Part shown: piece by piece, positions 17,532 through 27,349 of the stretch
Layout: each line of letters starts with the position of its first letter
Numbering within the stretch: position 1 is the first letter of the stretch
IMG/VR virus record: IMGVR_UViG_3300009780_000028
Span: 1 to 27,806 of that record
Strand: one strand, 5' to 3'
Source: a virus
DNA length: 27,806 nucleotides
Translations under genes and position numbers: made by a program
The notes under the pieces: model-generated
Seen by the model: only the letters and a program-made list of their open reading frames with translations
Told to the model about the DNA's origin: nothing
Database searches by the model: none

Positions 17532-17792
17532 ATGTTTGAAAGAGAAATTAAAGACATAAAAGTTAAAAAAGATATAGTTGCTAGAACTGCTAATAACTTA
17601 GTAGAGACTTTTGAAAATTTACAGATTAAATGTGAGATTATAAAAAATGGAACAAAAATAAATGGATTGAGTCTAATAGGGTTATTAAACTTAGATGTAA
17701 GAAAAGATTGTATTATAAGTTTATTTTTTAATGGAAATAGCTCTAAAATAGATAAAGCGGTCAGATATTTATTAGACGAAAAAATTATATAA
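17532..17792 (+). CDS. HPr-like (PTS phosphocarrier-fold) small protein lacking the active-site His
   Basis: 86 aa; 'KKDIVARTANNLVETFENLQIKCEIIKNGTKINGLSLIGLLNLDVRKDCIISLFFNG...KAVRYLLDEKII' aligns by eye over its length with HPr 'sGiHARPAtvLVqtA...v.l..NGk.vn.kSimGvmsLgi.kGaeItisa.G.de..A...L'; His15-equivalent is Val (codon 17577-17579). Confidence 0.75.
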   Translation: MFEREIKDIKVKKDIVARTANNLVETFENLQIKCEIIKNGTKINGLSLIGLLNLDVRKDCIISLFFNGNSSKIDKAVRYLLDEKII

Positions 17793-17814
17793 TATATATA
17801 GGATGTGAGAACAA

Positions 17815-20800
17815 TTGAAAAATTTTGACTTAAAGATTACTTTAAATCCAGATGCAAGTAAGTTAAATAATTTTATAACAAACTTCTCCGCAAAGCAAGT
17901 GCCGATACAATTAAAAATAGATAATGCTGCACTAGGTAATGTTGCCACACAATTAAAATCAATAAGTCAAACTGATTTTTCTAACATCAAACAGTTGCAA
18001 CAGGCTTTAAAATTAATTGCACAGGGTACAGGTAGTGGCGGTACAGCAACAGGAGCAAACAAAACAAGCCAAGCTTTAAAAGAACAAGAAAATTTAATTT
18101 ATAAAAATCAATCAGCTATTGAAAAATTAAGGATAACTTATTACAATTTACAAAAAACACAAGCAAGTGCTGTAAATAAACCTTTTGCAAATACAGAGCA
18201 ATATGAAGTTTTAACAAATGCTATAAAAATTGCAAGAAGTGAATTAGAAAGATTTGCAAATGAAAATACAAAAGTAAAATCCACAGACGAGTTAAAAAGA
18301 TTAAATACGCAAGTAAATAATCTTAGAAGAAGTCTTAATATAAAAGCAGGAGATGCTAGAATAGCCATATCTACAGAAGCTGCTGATAATGCAGTACAAC
18401 AGTTAGGTTCTAAAGTATCTTTATTAAGAGATAATTTATCAAGGTTTAAACAAGAAAATTCAAGATTAACTGTAGACCCTAAATTAACAGCACAATATAA
18501 TTCTTTATTTTTAGCTTTACAAAGTGGAACTGTAAAAACAGAAGTGGAATTTAATAGATTGCGTTCAGAAGTTTTAAAGTTTCAAACAGCAGTTAGAATG
18601 GCAGGGAAAACAGGAAGAACATTTTTTGAAGACTTATCTTATGTTGCTGATAAAATAGGTGTTAAAGCTTTATTAGGTGGTATGACATTTAGAATTATTG
18701 CCTACTTCAAACAAATGATTGCAAATGTTAAAGAACTTGATACTGCTATGGTAAATTTAAAAAGAGTAACATATGAAACTAATGCTGCTTATGATAAATT
18801 TTTAAGTGAAATTGGCGTAAAAGCTAGAGCAGTAAATGCAGACTTAATAGAGATGGTAAATAATATAGCAGAATTTAGTAAGCTTGGATATAATTTACCA
18901 GATGCTACTAGACTTGCAGAAGTTGCCAGTGTTTATAGCAATGTTGGAGATTTAGATTTAAGTAGTGCTACTGATAATATAGTTGCTAACTTAAAAGCAT
19001 TTAAATTAAATGCCGATGAAGCAATAGACATTGTAGATAAATTTAACCAGGTTGGTAATAGATATGCTGTTAATTCAGCTGACATAGGTGAGGGATTAAA
19101 GCGTTCAGCATCATCTTTGGTTGTTGGAGGAAATAGTTTAGACCAAGCTGTAGCTTTATTTACAGCAGGAGAAGAAATAATTCAAAATCCAGAAAAAATG
19201 GGTACAGCTTTAAATGTTTTATCTCTAAGGATTAGAGGGGCATCTGGAGAGCTAAAAGAAATGGGCGAGGAATTTTCAGACTTGGAAGAAATTTCTTTTT
19301 CTAAAATAAGAGAAGATGTAAAAAGACTTTCTGGAGTAGATATAATGATAGACCCTACTACTTTTAAATCTACTTACGATATTATGAAAGAAATTTCATA
19401 TGTTTGGGATGATTTAAAAGAAAGTACAGCAGGTGCTGAATTACTTGAAACTCTAGCAGGTAAAAATAGGGCAAACGTTTTGGCAGCCATATTAGACAAC
19501 TTTAGAACTGCTGAACGTTCAATGCTTACAATGCAAAGTGCAGAAGGCACTGCTTATGAAGAAAACCAAAAGAAAATTGAGTCCATTGAAGGTCGAGTTA
19601 AAAGTTTAAAAAATAGCTTTACAGAACTATCAGTAAATTTAATTAATTCAGATTTCATAAAAGGTTTTGTGGGCGAAATAGATAAACTATTAAAAAGCGT
19701 TAATAAATTTTTAAACCTAATAGAAAAATTACCTAGTGGATTAACATTGGCGGCAGGTGCTTTAGCATTAATTGGGTCTAAAAGAAATCTTGGTATTTTT
19801 GAAACTATGACAAACGATGTTGGGAGATTAACTCCCAAACTTAAAGATTTTAGTATGATTACAAATAGTGTTGGTAAAAACCTAAAAGCTTTTGAAAATT
19901 ATGCCATTGCTTTAGGCAATAATATGCCTCAACAAGAAGCATTCATCAAACATTTAGGGTCTGCAAATCATTTAACTAGACAATTAGCAACAAACAATGT
20001 TAATAACGCCGCATCTGCTGATTTAACAGGAGATGCTTATAAAAGGTCGGTAGCACAAATTAGAGCTAATACAGTAGCACATAGAGCATTAAATGTGGCT
20101 ATGAGGGGCGTTGCAATAGCAGGCAATATAATCTCAAGTATGGCTATTGCTTCTGTTGTAACTTTGGTAATAACAGGCGTTTCTAAACTAATAAACGCTG
20201 AAAAAAATCTAGCTAAAGAAGTTAAAGGACTTACAGAAGATTATAAAAATCAAAAAAGTAATTTACAAACACTAAAAGATGAATACCAAAGTATTTTAAA
20301 TTCTCAAGATAGTGAAGCTGACAAAACTAAATTGCTAGATGAACTAAAACAAAAGATAATTAAAACTTATGGTCTAGAAAAAGAAGCTATAAAAGGTGTA
20401 AATGATGAGAGACAAAGAACAAAAGATTTATTAGATGCAGAATCAACACAACAAGCTGTAGACTTTGTAGAAAATACTAAGAATAAAAAAGTTTATGAAA
20501 AAACCAAAAGTTTTTTAGAAACTGGGGTTGAAACTGGCGGATTAGGAATTGCTAACTACAATAGACGTGCAACAACTACAGATACTTCTGGGAAAATAAG
20601 AAAAGTAGAAAGCGATTTCCAGCTTAATATAGACGAAAAACAAATAGACGAAGAATTAAATCAATTTATTGAAAAAATTGGAAGAAATCCTGATAAGTTT
20701 TCCCCCTACAAGACAGCAATATCAGTAAAAGGTGGAGATATGTTAGAATATCTTGAAAACTTAAAAGGTATTCAAAATTTATTATCACAAAAACAAAGTT

Positions 20801-23010
20801 TAAATTTAATTACAGAAGATGAACAAAAACTCCTAAAGAAAACAACCAAAGAAATTGAAGATATAAATAAATTAATTTCAGAAGATGGAAAATATAGTGT
20901 AAAAACTTTTAACACCTATATGGAGGCTATGGCTACAAAAACTCTATATGCTTATGAAAGTGAAAAAGGAGCTTTAGAGGATATAGCCAATTCCGATAGC
21001 TATCAAACATGGTATAACAATCTAATTCTTTTAGCTAATGGAGATAAATATTTAGAAGATGCTTTAAAAAGCTTAGTTGATGAACAAAGAGAAGGATTAG
21101 GGTTATCTTCTGAACAAGCAAGTCAATTAGAAAAACTTAGGGCAAAAATAGCAGCTACTACTAGTGAATATGATAAATTAAAAGAAAAAATTAAATTAGC
21201 TAGCGAACAAATTCAATCTTTAGATGATGTAATAACAAAAAATAAAGATGAAAAATCTACATTTAGTAAATCAGAAATTTTAGAATTATTAACATTATAT
21301 CCTAGTTTAGTTGATAATATTTTAAAATCAACTGACGGTTATAAAATTGAAGAAGCTGCACTAGAAGAATTAAGAAATGCAAAAGTAGAAGAATTAAAAA
21401 CTACTTTAAAAGCTGAAATACAAAAGTCTCAAGCAACTTTAAATGGTATTGCTAATAGATTAAGAGCTTATAATGCTGAAATAGTTGGAATACAAAATGT
21501 TCAACAAGCACAAAAAGAACTAGCTAAATCACAATTAATTAACACAATTTTACAACAACAACCAGAAAGCGAAATTGGATTAGACGTCAAAAACAAACAA
21601 ATGGAAAAAATTCAATTGCTTACTGAATTTATTGATGTTGCAAATAGTTTGCAAAAATCCCAAGATGATTTAGATGCTTTAAATTTTCAAACAGAATTAT
21701 TAGATGATAAATTTGGAAGTGTAAATGATACAACAGGAAACGTTGACGACCAAATAAAAAACATTAATCAAAATTTAGAAAACACAACAAAAGAACTAGA
21801 AAAAAGTGTAAAAGCAATGGAAGATGGACAAACTGAAATTAACTCTCTACTTGAAACAACTGTTGCTATGCTTAAAAAGAAATATGAATTAAATAAAAAA
21901 GACTATGAAAATGAATTAAAAAATTTAAAAACTATTGTCGATAAAAAGAAGCAATTATTAGAGATTGAAAAAGAAAATTACGATTTTCAAAAATCTTTAA
22001 AAGAAAAAACAACAGAAGTATCTGATGTAAAAATTAAAATAGAAACTCTTTCTTTAGACGATAGTATGGAAAGTGTTAAAGAAAGATTAGAACTTAAAGA
22101 ACAATTGACTGAAAAAGAATTGGCTTTAAGTGAATTTTTATCAAACAAAGATATTGAACTTAAAAAAGAAGCACTAGATACAGAATATGAAAATCATGAA
22201 AAATTAATTGGAGATAAAATTCAATCGATTGATGATTTCTTATCTAAAGAGGGAGAAATTTACAAAGAAGCTTATGCATTAATAGATGGCAGAACAGAAG
22301 AATTTTACAATAGTCTTTTAAATTATACTCAAACATATACTAATATGACTATGGTTGAGTTTACAAATATGTGGGATAGAGCGTATCAAGCTTTGCTAAC
22401 TTATGGAAATGGACAAATTAATGTTGTTGGCACATTAGGAAATCTACAAGGACAAATTGCTGGATTAAATATGCATATAGAAAACATGAGAAATCAAGCA
22501 GAGGCAACAATTTCTAGTTTAGAAAATATGGCAAAAGCTTTTGAAAAAATAGCTTTAGAAAGAAACAAAGTAGATACTTCACCTATTACATTTCCATCTC
22601 CAAAAGTAACAGAATGGTCTGGATTATCAAAACCTACTCAAGATATTTTAAGAAAACTTCCTAAATTCCATGACGGTGGCAAAGTAGAGCCATTTACTAG
22701 TGGTTACATAGGTAATAATGAAGTATTAGCTAAATTATTAACAGGCGAAGTTGTAACAACTCCTAAGCAAGGTTTAAACTTCTTAAGAAACACATTACCT
22801 AATATAGTTGCAGGTGCTATGAGCACAAAAGATGCACAACAATCTAATATATATAATATAAATATGCCAGAAATAACTATAACAGGAGATGCAACAGATA
22901 ACACAGTAAGTAAGATTAAGCAAACTTTAAATGAATATAAAGAAAATTTATTTGAAGAAATAAATAGGTCTAATAAAAAGTTTGGAAACACATTGGCGGT
23001 TAAATATTAA
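17815..23010 (+). CDS. Tail tape measure protein
   Basis: 1731 aa, TTG start; long coiled-coil N-terminus, TP901-type region 'ELDTAMVNLKRVTYETNAAYDKFLSEIG...LAEVASVYSNVGDLDLSSATDNIVANLKAF...IGEGLKRSASSLVVGG', hydrophobic segments. Confidence 0.95.
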   Translation: MKNFDLKITLNPDASKLNNFITNFSAKQVPIQLKIDNAALGNVATQLKSISQTDFSNIKQLQQALKLIAQGTGSGGTATGANKTSQALKEQENLIYKNQSAIEKLRITYYNLQKTQASAVNKPFANTEQYEVLTNAIKIARSELERFANENTKVKSTDELKRLNTQVNNLRRSLNIKAGDARIAISTEAADNAVQQLGSKVSLLRDNLSRFKQENSRLTVDPKLTAQYNSLFLALQSGTVKTEVEFNRLRSEVLKFQTAVRMAGKTGRTFFEDLSYVADKIGVKALLGGMTFRIIAYFKQMIANVKELDTAMVNLKRVTYETNAAYDKFLSEIGVKARAVNADLIEMVNNIAEFSKLGYNLPDATRLAEVASVYSNVGDLDLSSATDNIVANLKAFKLNADEAIDIVDKFNQVGNRYAVNSADIGEGLKRSASSLVVGGNSLDQAVALFTAGEEIIQNPEKMGTALNVLSLRIRGASGELKEMGEEFSDLEEISFSKIREDVKRLSGVDIMIDPTTFKSTYDIMKEISYVWDDLKESTAGAELLETLAGKNRANVLAAILDNFRTAERSMLTMQSAEGTAYEENQKKIESIEGRVKSLKNSFTELSVNLINSDFIKGFVGEIDKLLKSVNKFLNLIEKLPSGLTLAAGALALIGSKRNLGIFETMTNDVGRLTPKLKDFSMITNSVGKNLKAFENYAIALGNNMPQQEAFIKHLGSANHLTRQLATNNVNNAASADLTGDAYKRSVAQIRANTVAHRALNVAMRGVAIAGNIISSMAIASVVTLVITGVSKLINAEKNLAKEVKGLTEDYKNQKSNLQTLKDEYQSILNSQDSEADKTKLLDELKQKIIKTYGLEKEAIKGVNDERQRTKDLLDAESTQQAVDFVENTKNKKVYEKTKSFLETGVETGGLGIANYNRRATTTDTSGKIRKVESDFQLNIDEKQIDEELNQFIEKIGRNPDKFSPYKTAISVKGGDMLEYLENLKGIQNLLSQKQSLNLITEDEQKLLKKTTKEIEDINKLISEDGKYSVKTFNTYMEAMATKTLYAYESEKGALEDIANSDSYQTWYNNLILLANGDKYLEDALKSLVDEQREGLGLSSEQASQLEKLRAKIAATTSEYDKLKEKIKLASEQIQSLDDVITKNKDEKSTFSKSEILELLTLYPSLVDNILKSTDGYKIEEAALEELRNAKVEELKTTLKAEIQKSQATLNGIANRLRAYNAEIVGIQNVQQAQKELAKSQLINTILQQQPESEIGLDVKNKQMEKIQLLTEFIDVANSLQKSQDDLDALNFQTELLDDKFGSVNDTTGNVDDQIKNINQNLENTTKELEKSVKAMEDGQTEINSLLETTVAMLKKKYELNKKDYENELKNLKTIVDKKKQLLEIEKENYDFQKSLKEKTTEVSDVKIKIETLSLDDSMESVKERLELKEQLTEKELALSEFLSNKDIELKKEALDTEYENHEKLIGDKIQSIDDFLSKEGEIYKEAYALIDGRTEEFYNSLLNYTQTYTNMTMVEFTNMWDRAYQALLTYGNGQINVVGTLGNLQGQIAGLNMHIENMRNQAEATISSLENMAKAFEKIALERNKVDTSPITFPSPKVTEWSGLSKPTQDILRKLPKFHDGGKVEPFTSGYIGNNEVLAKLLTGEVVTTPKQGLNFLRNTLPNIVAGAMSTKDAQQSNIYNINMPEITITGDATDNTVSKIKQTLNEYKENLFEEINRSNKKFGNTLAVKY

Positions 23011-23013
23011 ATA

Positions 23014-23047
23014 TTTGTGGAACTATATATCTCAATAGTTCCACAAA
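23014..23047 (+). other. Intergenic hairpin between tape measure and Dit-like genes
   Basis: Perfect 13-bp stem TTTGTGGAACTAT 23014-23026 / ATAGTTCCACAAA 23035-23047, loop ATATCTCA; not followed by a U-tract. Confidence 0.8.
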
Positions 23048-23064
23048 ATAAAGTTGGTGAGAAA

Positions 23065-23865
23065 ATGTTTTTAGAAAATTATTTTATTTTTGATGGGAAA
23101 TCTTCAATGGATTATAATATGAAAATTTATAATGTAGATGATATGCCACAAGATGAAATGCTAGTAGCAGAAAGAGAATATACTAAAGTTAAAGCACCTA
23201 GAGGAAGTAAATATAGAATTATAGACTGTCAAGAAAGTGATGTTTTAACTTTTTCAATAAAATTTTTAAAAGAAGATTTTTCTATAATTGATGATTTTAA
23301 ATTACCAGAAATAGTAAGATGGTTATTCAATCAAAAAGATTATAAAAAATTACAAATAGTATCAAATGATATGATTAATCTATACTATAATTGTATATTA
23401 ACAAATGTTCAAAAAATTTCTGTAGCAGGTCAAACATATGGTTTTTCTTGTACAGTTGAATGTGATAGTTCATGTGCTTGGGAATTTCCATATACTAAAA
23501 ATTATAATTTTAGTAGTGATACAGGAGAAGATTTTCAAGTTCATTATGGAACATTTATTTGTACTTGTGATAATTTAGACAATAAGCTTTTACCTAAAAT
23601 TAAAATTACAAAAGTTGAAGATGGACATTTACAAATAAGAATAAATAATTTAACTTCTGTTACAATGATTAGTAATTTAAATGATGGAGAAATTATAGAA
23701 ATTGATAGCGAAAATAAAATTATAAGCAGTAATTTAAATAACAATATATTTGAAGATTTTACAGGAAACTTCCCATTTTTTCAAAGAGGAATTAACAACA
23801 TTGAATTTTGGGGACAGGGATTAATGGAAGTTACATATCAAAACCAAAGAAAGGTTGGTGTTTAA
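23065..23865 (+). CDS. Distal tail (Dit)-like protein
   Basis: Track ORF 23017-23865; likely start ATG 23065 after AAAGTTGGTGAGAAA. 'FDGKSSMDYNMKIYNVDD...' and 'CDSSCAWEFPYT' are Dit-like; position after tape measure. Confidence 0.7.
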   Translation: MFLENYFIFDGKSSMDYNMKIYNVDDMPQDEMLVAEREYTKVKAPRGSKYRIIDCQESDVLTFSIKFLKEDFSIIDDFKLPEIVRWLFNQKDYKKLQIVSNDMINLYYNCILTNVQKISVAGQTYGFSCTVECDSSCAWEFPYTKNYNFSSDTGEDFQVHYGTFICTCDNLDNKLLPKIKITKVEDGHLQIRINNLTSVTMISNLNDGEIIEIDSENKIISSNLNNNIFEDFTGNFPFFQRGINNIEFWGQGLMEVTYQNQRKVGV

Positions 23866-23867
23866 AT

Positions 23868-26768
23868 TTGGAATTTAATTTTACAAATAAAGTATTAAAC
23901 AAAGATATAGATTTAATATTATGTTACCCTAACAAAAAACAAATTGGATGTATTACAGAAAAATATAGTTTAAATGTAGAATTAAATTTCTTAAACACCA
24001 GCAAATTAAATTTTTCTGTAGACAAAAATAATAAATTTTATGATAAATTTAAAAAAGAAATGTTAATTTATACAGAAGAATTTGGATATTTTATAATTTC
24101 TGAAACATCTTTTAGTAAGAAAAGTGAAAATGAAATTAAATCTATTGATTGTGATAGTTATGAAATAATTTTAAATAAAACAAACGTCACACTAGAGGAT
24201 GGTACGTACCCTTTATATGATGTTTTAAATCCCAATAGTAGTTTGTTAGGCATATTGTCAAACGTTTCTAAATGGACTATAGGACACGTTGACAGCACTT
24301 TATTAACTAAGTATAGAACTTTTGAAATTAATAATATAAGTATTTATAATTTACTAATGACAGAAATGTCAACAGCCTATAATTGTTATTTTACTTTTAA
24401 TAATGAAGATAATATTATTAATGCTTATGATAAAGATAGCGTTACGCCTACAGAAGATATTTTACTTTCTTTCGACAATTTAGTAAGCGAAATAAATATA
24501 TCTGAAAAAAATGAAGATGTTTGTACTGTTTTTAAAATAAGTGGTTCTGATGGAGTTTTAATTAATGATGTAAACCCTTTAGGTACAAGCTATGTTTATG
24601 ATTTTAATTATTATATGGATAATGATTACGGTATGTCTGATGATTTAAAAGCTGCAATAGTAGCTTGGAACAATAAAATTTCTTTAGCTAAACCTAGTTA
24701 TGATACTTTGGTGTTAAATAGAAAATTATATTCTCAAGACTTAGTAGAAAAATCAGCAGAAATATCTCTAAAAAAATCTGAATTAAATGCAATTCAAATA
24801 GCTAGAAGTGCATTAACAGACTTACAAAGCCAAGAAACAAAAGATGCCTTATTAGCTTTATACAATAGTGAAGTTATAAAACAAGCTGAATATAATGTCT
24901 TAAAGCAAGAATATGAAGATATAAAAGATGACTATGACAATACAATAGCTTCTATACAAACAATAGTTAATTCTTTAGCTATAGACAATGTAGCTAATTT
25001 TTCTTTAGAGTTACAAGATGAAATGCAATTTTATATAAAAACAGGTAGCTATGTAAATGAAAATTTTATTTACACTTCTAATATGACAGAAAAAGAAAAA
25101 ATGGAAATAGCTCAAGAATTATTGTCTCAAGGTTTAACTATTTTTGAAAAATTATCAAGACCTTGTTATGAATTTAAAGTAAGTATAGATAACTACTTAA
25201 TGATGGAAACTTTTAAATCTTTCATAGGTAAAACTAAATTAGGTATTTGTTGTTATGTAGAAATAGAAAAAAATACGTGGATTAAACCTAGATTATTGCA
25301 GATGAGTTTAAATTATGATGATTTATCTAGTAGTACATTTACATTTTCTGAAACATTCAGAATGATGAAAGATGTAAATATTTTTGAAGATGTTTTTAAT
25401 CAATCTGCAAAAAGTTCTAATAGAGTTAGTATTTTAGCCAATACTTGGAGTGAGCCAAGTAAAAGTGGTTTGTTAAATACCATAAGTAGTTATATGACTG
25501 AAAGTTTAGATTTAGCAAAACAAGAAATTGTAAATAGTGTAAATCAAGATTTCATTATAGGCTCTTGGGGAATTTTAGGTAGAAAAAGCATTGGAGAAGA
25601 TTTATTCGACCCACATCAAATAAGAATAAATAATAATTTAATTTGTTTTAGTGACGATAGTTTTCAAACGGTTTCTCAAGCTATTGGTAAAATAACATTT
25701 AATGGAACTGAAATGTATGGTATAGTTGCCGATGCAATAATAGGTGGTTTAGTAGCTACTGAAAAATTAATTATAAGTAATGAAAATAATAATTTTATAG
25801 TTGACAAAGATGGAGCAACTTTAGTTAATGCAAGTTTTACATTAACTAATGATAAAAACAAAATATTATTAAATCCAGAAGATGGTTTAAAAATTCAAAC
25901 TAAAGTTGGAGAACTTTGGGAAGATAGATTTTATGCTGATGTTAATGGAGATATAGTTGCAAAATCTATTAAACTAGAAAGCTCTATAATTGGTGGTTGG
26001 ATTACAGAGGCTGATGGCTTATATGCTCCTGGAGACCCTGCGACTAGAGATTATATAGGTAGTGATGGCTATGGAAAATTAAGCTTATTCTCATGGACGC
26101 CTACTAGTGCTACATTTGATGGCAATATTTATGCTAATAACTTATTATGTAATACAGGTGGACAATATCAAAACGTATTTGTAAACGGTAGTATGGGTGG
26201 AACATGGCTAAGCGATGGAACTGTTCCCTTAGGAAAGCTAGATACTTTAGTTGCTACTAAAGCATATGTAGATGAATTAGACGTAGGAAGTTTGAGAGCA
26301 GATTTAGCTATAATAGATACATTTATTGGCGATTATTTTGAAGTAAACACAGGTGTTTTTAGAGGTAATTGTTATTGGGATAATAATGGACAAAACCCAG
26401 CAGAAATATCCAGCTATGTTGTAAGTAATTATATTGGATTAAATATTTCTTCAACTTATACTTTAAACTTAGAAAGTACAGCAGGAATTACTTTAACCAC
26501 AGGAAATTTACTAGGACAAAGCTATCCTGTAAAAGTTGATAGCACATTTTCAGTTGTTGATGGAATTTACGAATTATTTAGCGTTAATCACGAAAGTAAT
26601 GGATATAAAAAAATTAAACTTTCTAATGGTGCTTTTATAGAGTCTGGCGGATATCCTACATACGATGGAAGCGTATCAATTACAATAAAAGACACTAATG
26701 ATGTTACACATACTCTACAGTTTATAGATGGATTTTTATATTCGTTTGATAGTAAAGTGAGATATTAA
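23868..26768 (+). CDS. Tail-associated (Tal/minor structural) protein
   Basis: Track ORF 23808-26768; likely start TTG 23868 (MEFNFTNKVLNK...) with AAAGGTTGGTG upstream. Central coiled coil and C-terminal 'GIVADAIIGGLVATEKLIISNENNNFIVDKDGATLVNASFTL' repeats typical of phage tip proteins. Confidence 0.75.
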   Translation: MEFNFTNKVLNKDIDLILCYPNKKQIGCITEKYSLNVELNFLNTSKLNFSVDKNNKFYDKFKKEMLIYTEEFGYFIISETSFSKKSENEIKSIDCDSYEIILNKTNVTLEDGTYPLYDVLNPNSSLLGILSNVSKWTIGHVDSTLLTKYRTFEINNISIYNLLMTEMSTAYNCYFTFNNEDNIINAYDKDSVTPTEDILLSFDNLVSEINISEKNEDVCTVFKISGSDGVLINDVNPLGTSYVYDFNYYMDNDYGMSDDLKAAIVAWNNKISLAKPSYDTLVLNRKLYSQDLVEKSAEISLKKSELNAIQIARSALTDLQSQETKDALLALYNSEVIKQAEYNVLKQEYEDIKDDYDNTIASIQTIVNSLAIDNVANFSLELQDEMQFYIKTGSYVNENFIYTSNMTEKEKMEIAQELLSQGLTIFEKLSRPCYEFKVSIDNYLMMETFKSFIGKTKLGICCYVEIEKNTWIKPRLLQMSLNYDDLSSSTFTFSETFRMMKDVNIFEDVFNQSAKSSNRVSILANTWSEPSKSGLLNTISSYMTESLDLAKQEIVNSVNQDFIIGSWGILGRKSIGEDLFDPHQIRINNNLICFSDDSFQTVSQAIGKITFNGTEMYGIVADAIIGGLVATEKLIISNENNNFIVDKDGATLVNASFTLTNDKNKILLNPEDGLKIQTKVGELWEDRFYADVNGDIVAKSIKLESSIIGGWITEADGLYAPGDPATRDYIGSDGYGKLSLFSWTPTSATFDGNIYANNLLCNTGGQYQNVFVNGSMGGTWLSDGTVPLGKLDTLVATKAYVDELDVGSLRADLAIIDTFIGDYFEVNTGVFRGNCYWDNNGQNPAEISSYVVSNYIGLNISSTYTLNLESTAGITLTTGNLLGQSYPVKVDSTFSVVDGIYELFSVNHESNGYKKIKLSNGAFIESGGYPTYDGSVSITIKDTNDVTHTLQFIDGFLYSFDSKVRY

Positions 26769-26801
26769 AAAAAATAAATAAAATAAAATAGGAGTTTTAT
26801 T

Positions 26802-26969
26802 ATGAAACAAGAAAATTTAGAAAAATTAAAAAGCGTAATCATTTATTTAACTGAAATAGAAGTAAAAGGAAAACAAGCAAAAATTTTTGGTAGTTGTATT
26901 GAAGCTCTAGATAATATTTACTCAATAGAAAAACAAGAAAATCAAGAACAAATACAAATACCAAAATAA
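26802..26969 (+). CDS. Small 55-aa protein of unknown function (MKQENLEKLKSVIIYLTEIEVKGKQAKIFGSCIEALDNIYSIEKQENQEQIQIPK)
   Basis: Not in the supplied ORF track; hand translation, ATG 26802, TAA 26967-26969, SD AATAGGAGTTTTATT. Confidence 0.65.
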   Translation: MKQENLEKLKSVIIYLTEIEVKGKQAKIFGSCIEALDNIYSIEKQENQEQIQIPK

Positions 26970-26986
26970 GAAAAGTTGGTGGAAAA

Positions 26987-27349
26987 ATGTCAGAAACTAT
27001 TAGTCAAATAACAGACTTAGGCAAAATACAAATGATTGCTGGAGATAGCCAAACTTTCGATATAGAAATTTTACCAGACGATGAGTCTGTTGAAAAATCT
27101 ATGGTAGGATATAGTTGCTATTTTCAACTATCTCCAATTGGACAAGAAGATGTTTTAGTGTTTAGTAGATTGTGTGAACTAAAACAAGGAAGCATTACTA
27201 CTTTTTTTATAACATTAAGTAATGCAGATACTGATGATTTATTTGGTAGTTTTACTTTAAAAATAGTTTTAGTAGACCCATTAGGAAGAAAATTAAAAAA
27301 AGCAAGAGGCACTTTTAATATTTTAAAAGATGAGGACGGTGTAGTTTAA
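26987..27349 (+). CDS. Baseplate/tail protein, BppU-like N-terminal domain style
   Basis: 120 aa; 'IQMIAGDSQTFDIEILPDDE...VGYSCYFQLSPIGQEDVLVFSR...FGSFTLKIVLVDPLGRKLKKARGTFNIL'. Confidence 0.5.
   Translation: MSETISQITDLGKIQMIAGDSQTFDIEILPDDESVEKSMVGYSCYFQLSPIGQEDVLVFSRLCELKQGSITTFFITLSNADTDDLFGSFTLKIVLVDPLGRKLKKARGTFNILKDEDGVV

Noticed and set aside
18141-19838. Antisense ORFs 18141-18368 and 19554-19838 in the tape measure gene
   Set aside because: Shadow ORFs in a long, confidently called coding sequence; no supporting signals.
23808-23867. N-terminal extension of the Tal-like ORF overlapping the Dit-like gene
   Set aside because: The TTG at 23868, just after the Dit stop and preceded by GGTTGGTG, is a better start and gives the expected LEFNFTNK-like N-terminus.
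22704-25861. Antisense ORFs 22704-22991, 23544-23744, 25676-25861, and also 13712-13915 and 27124-27312
   Set aside because: All are inside strong + strand genes, short and low-complexity, with no ribosome site.
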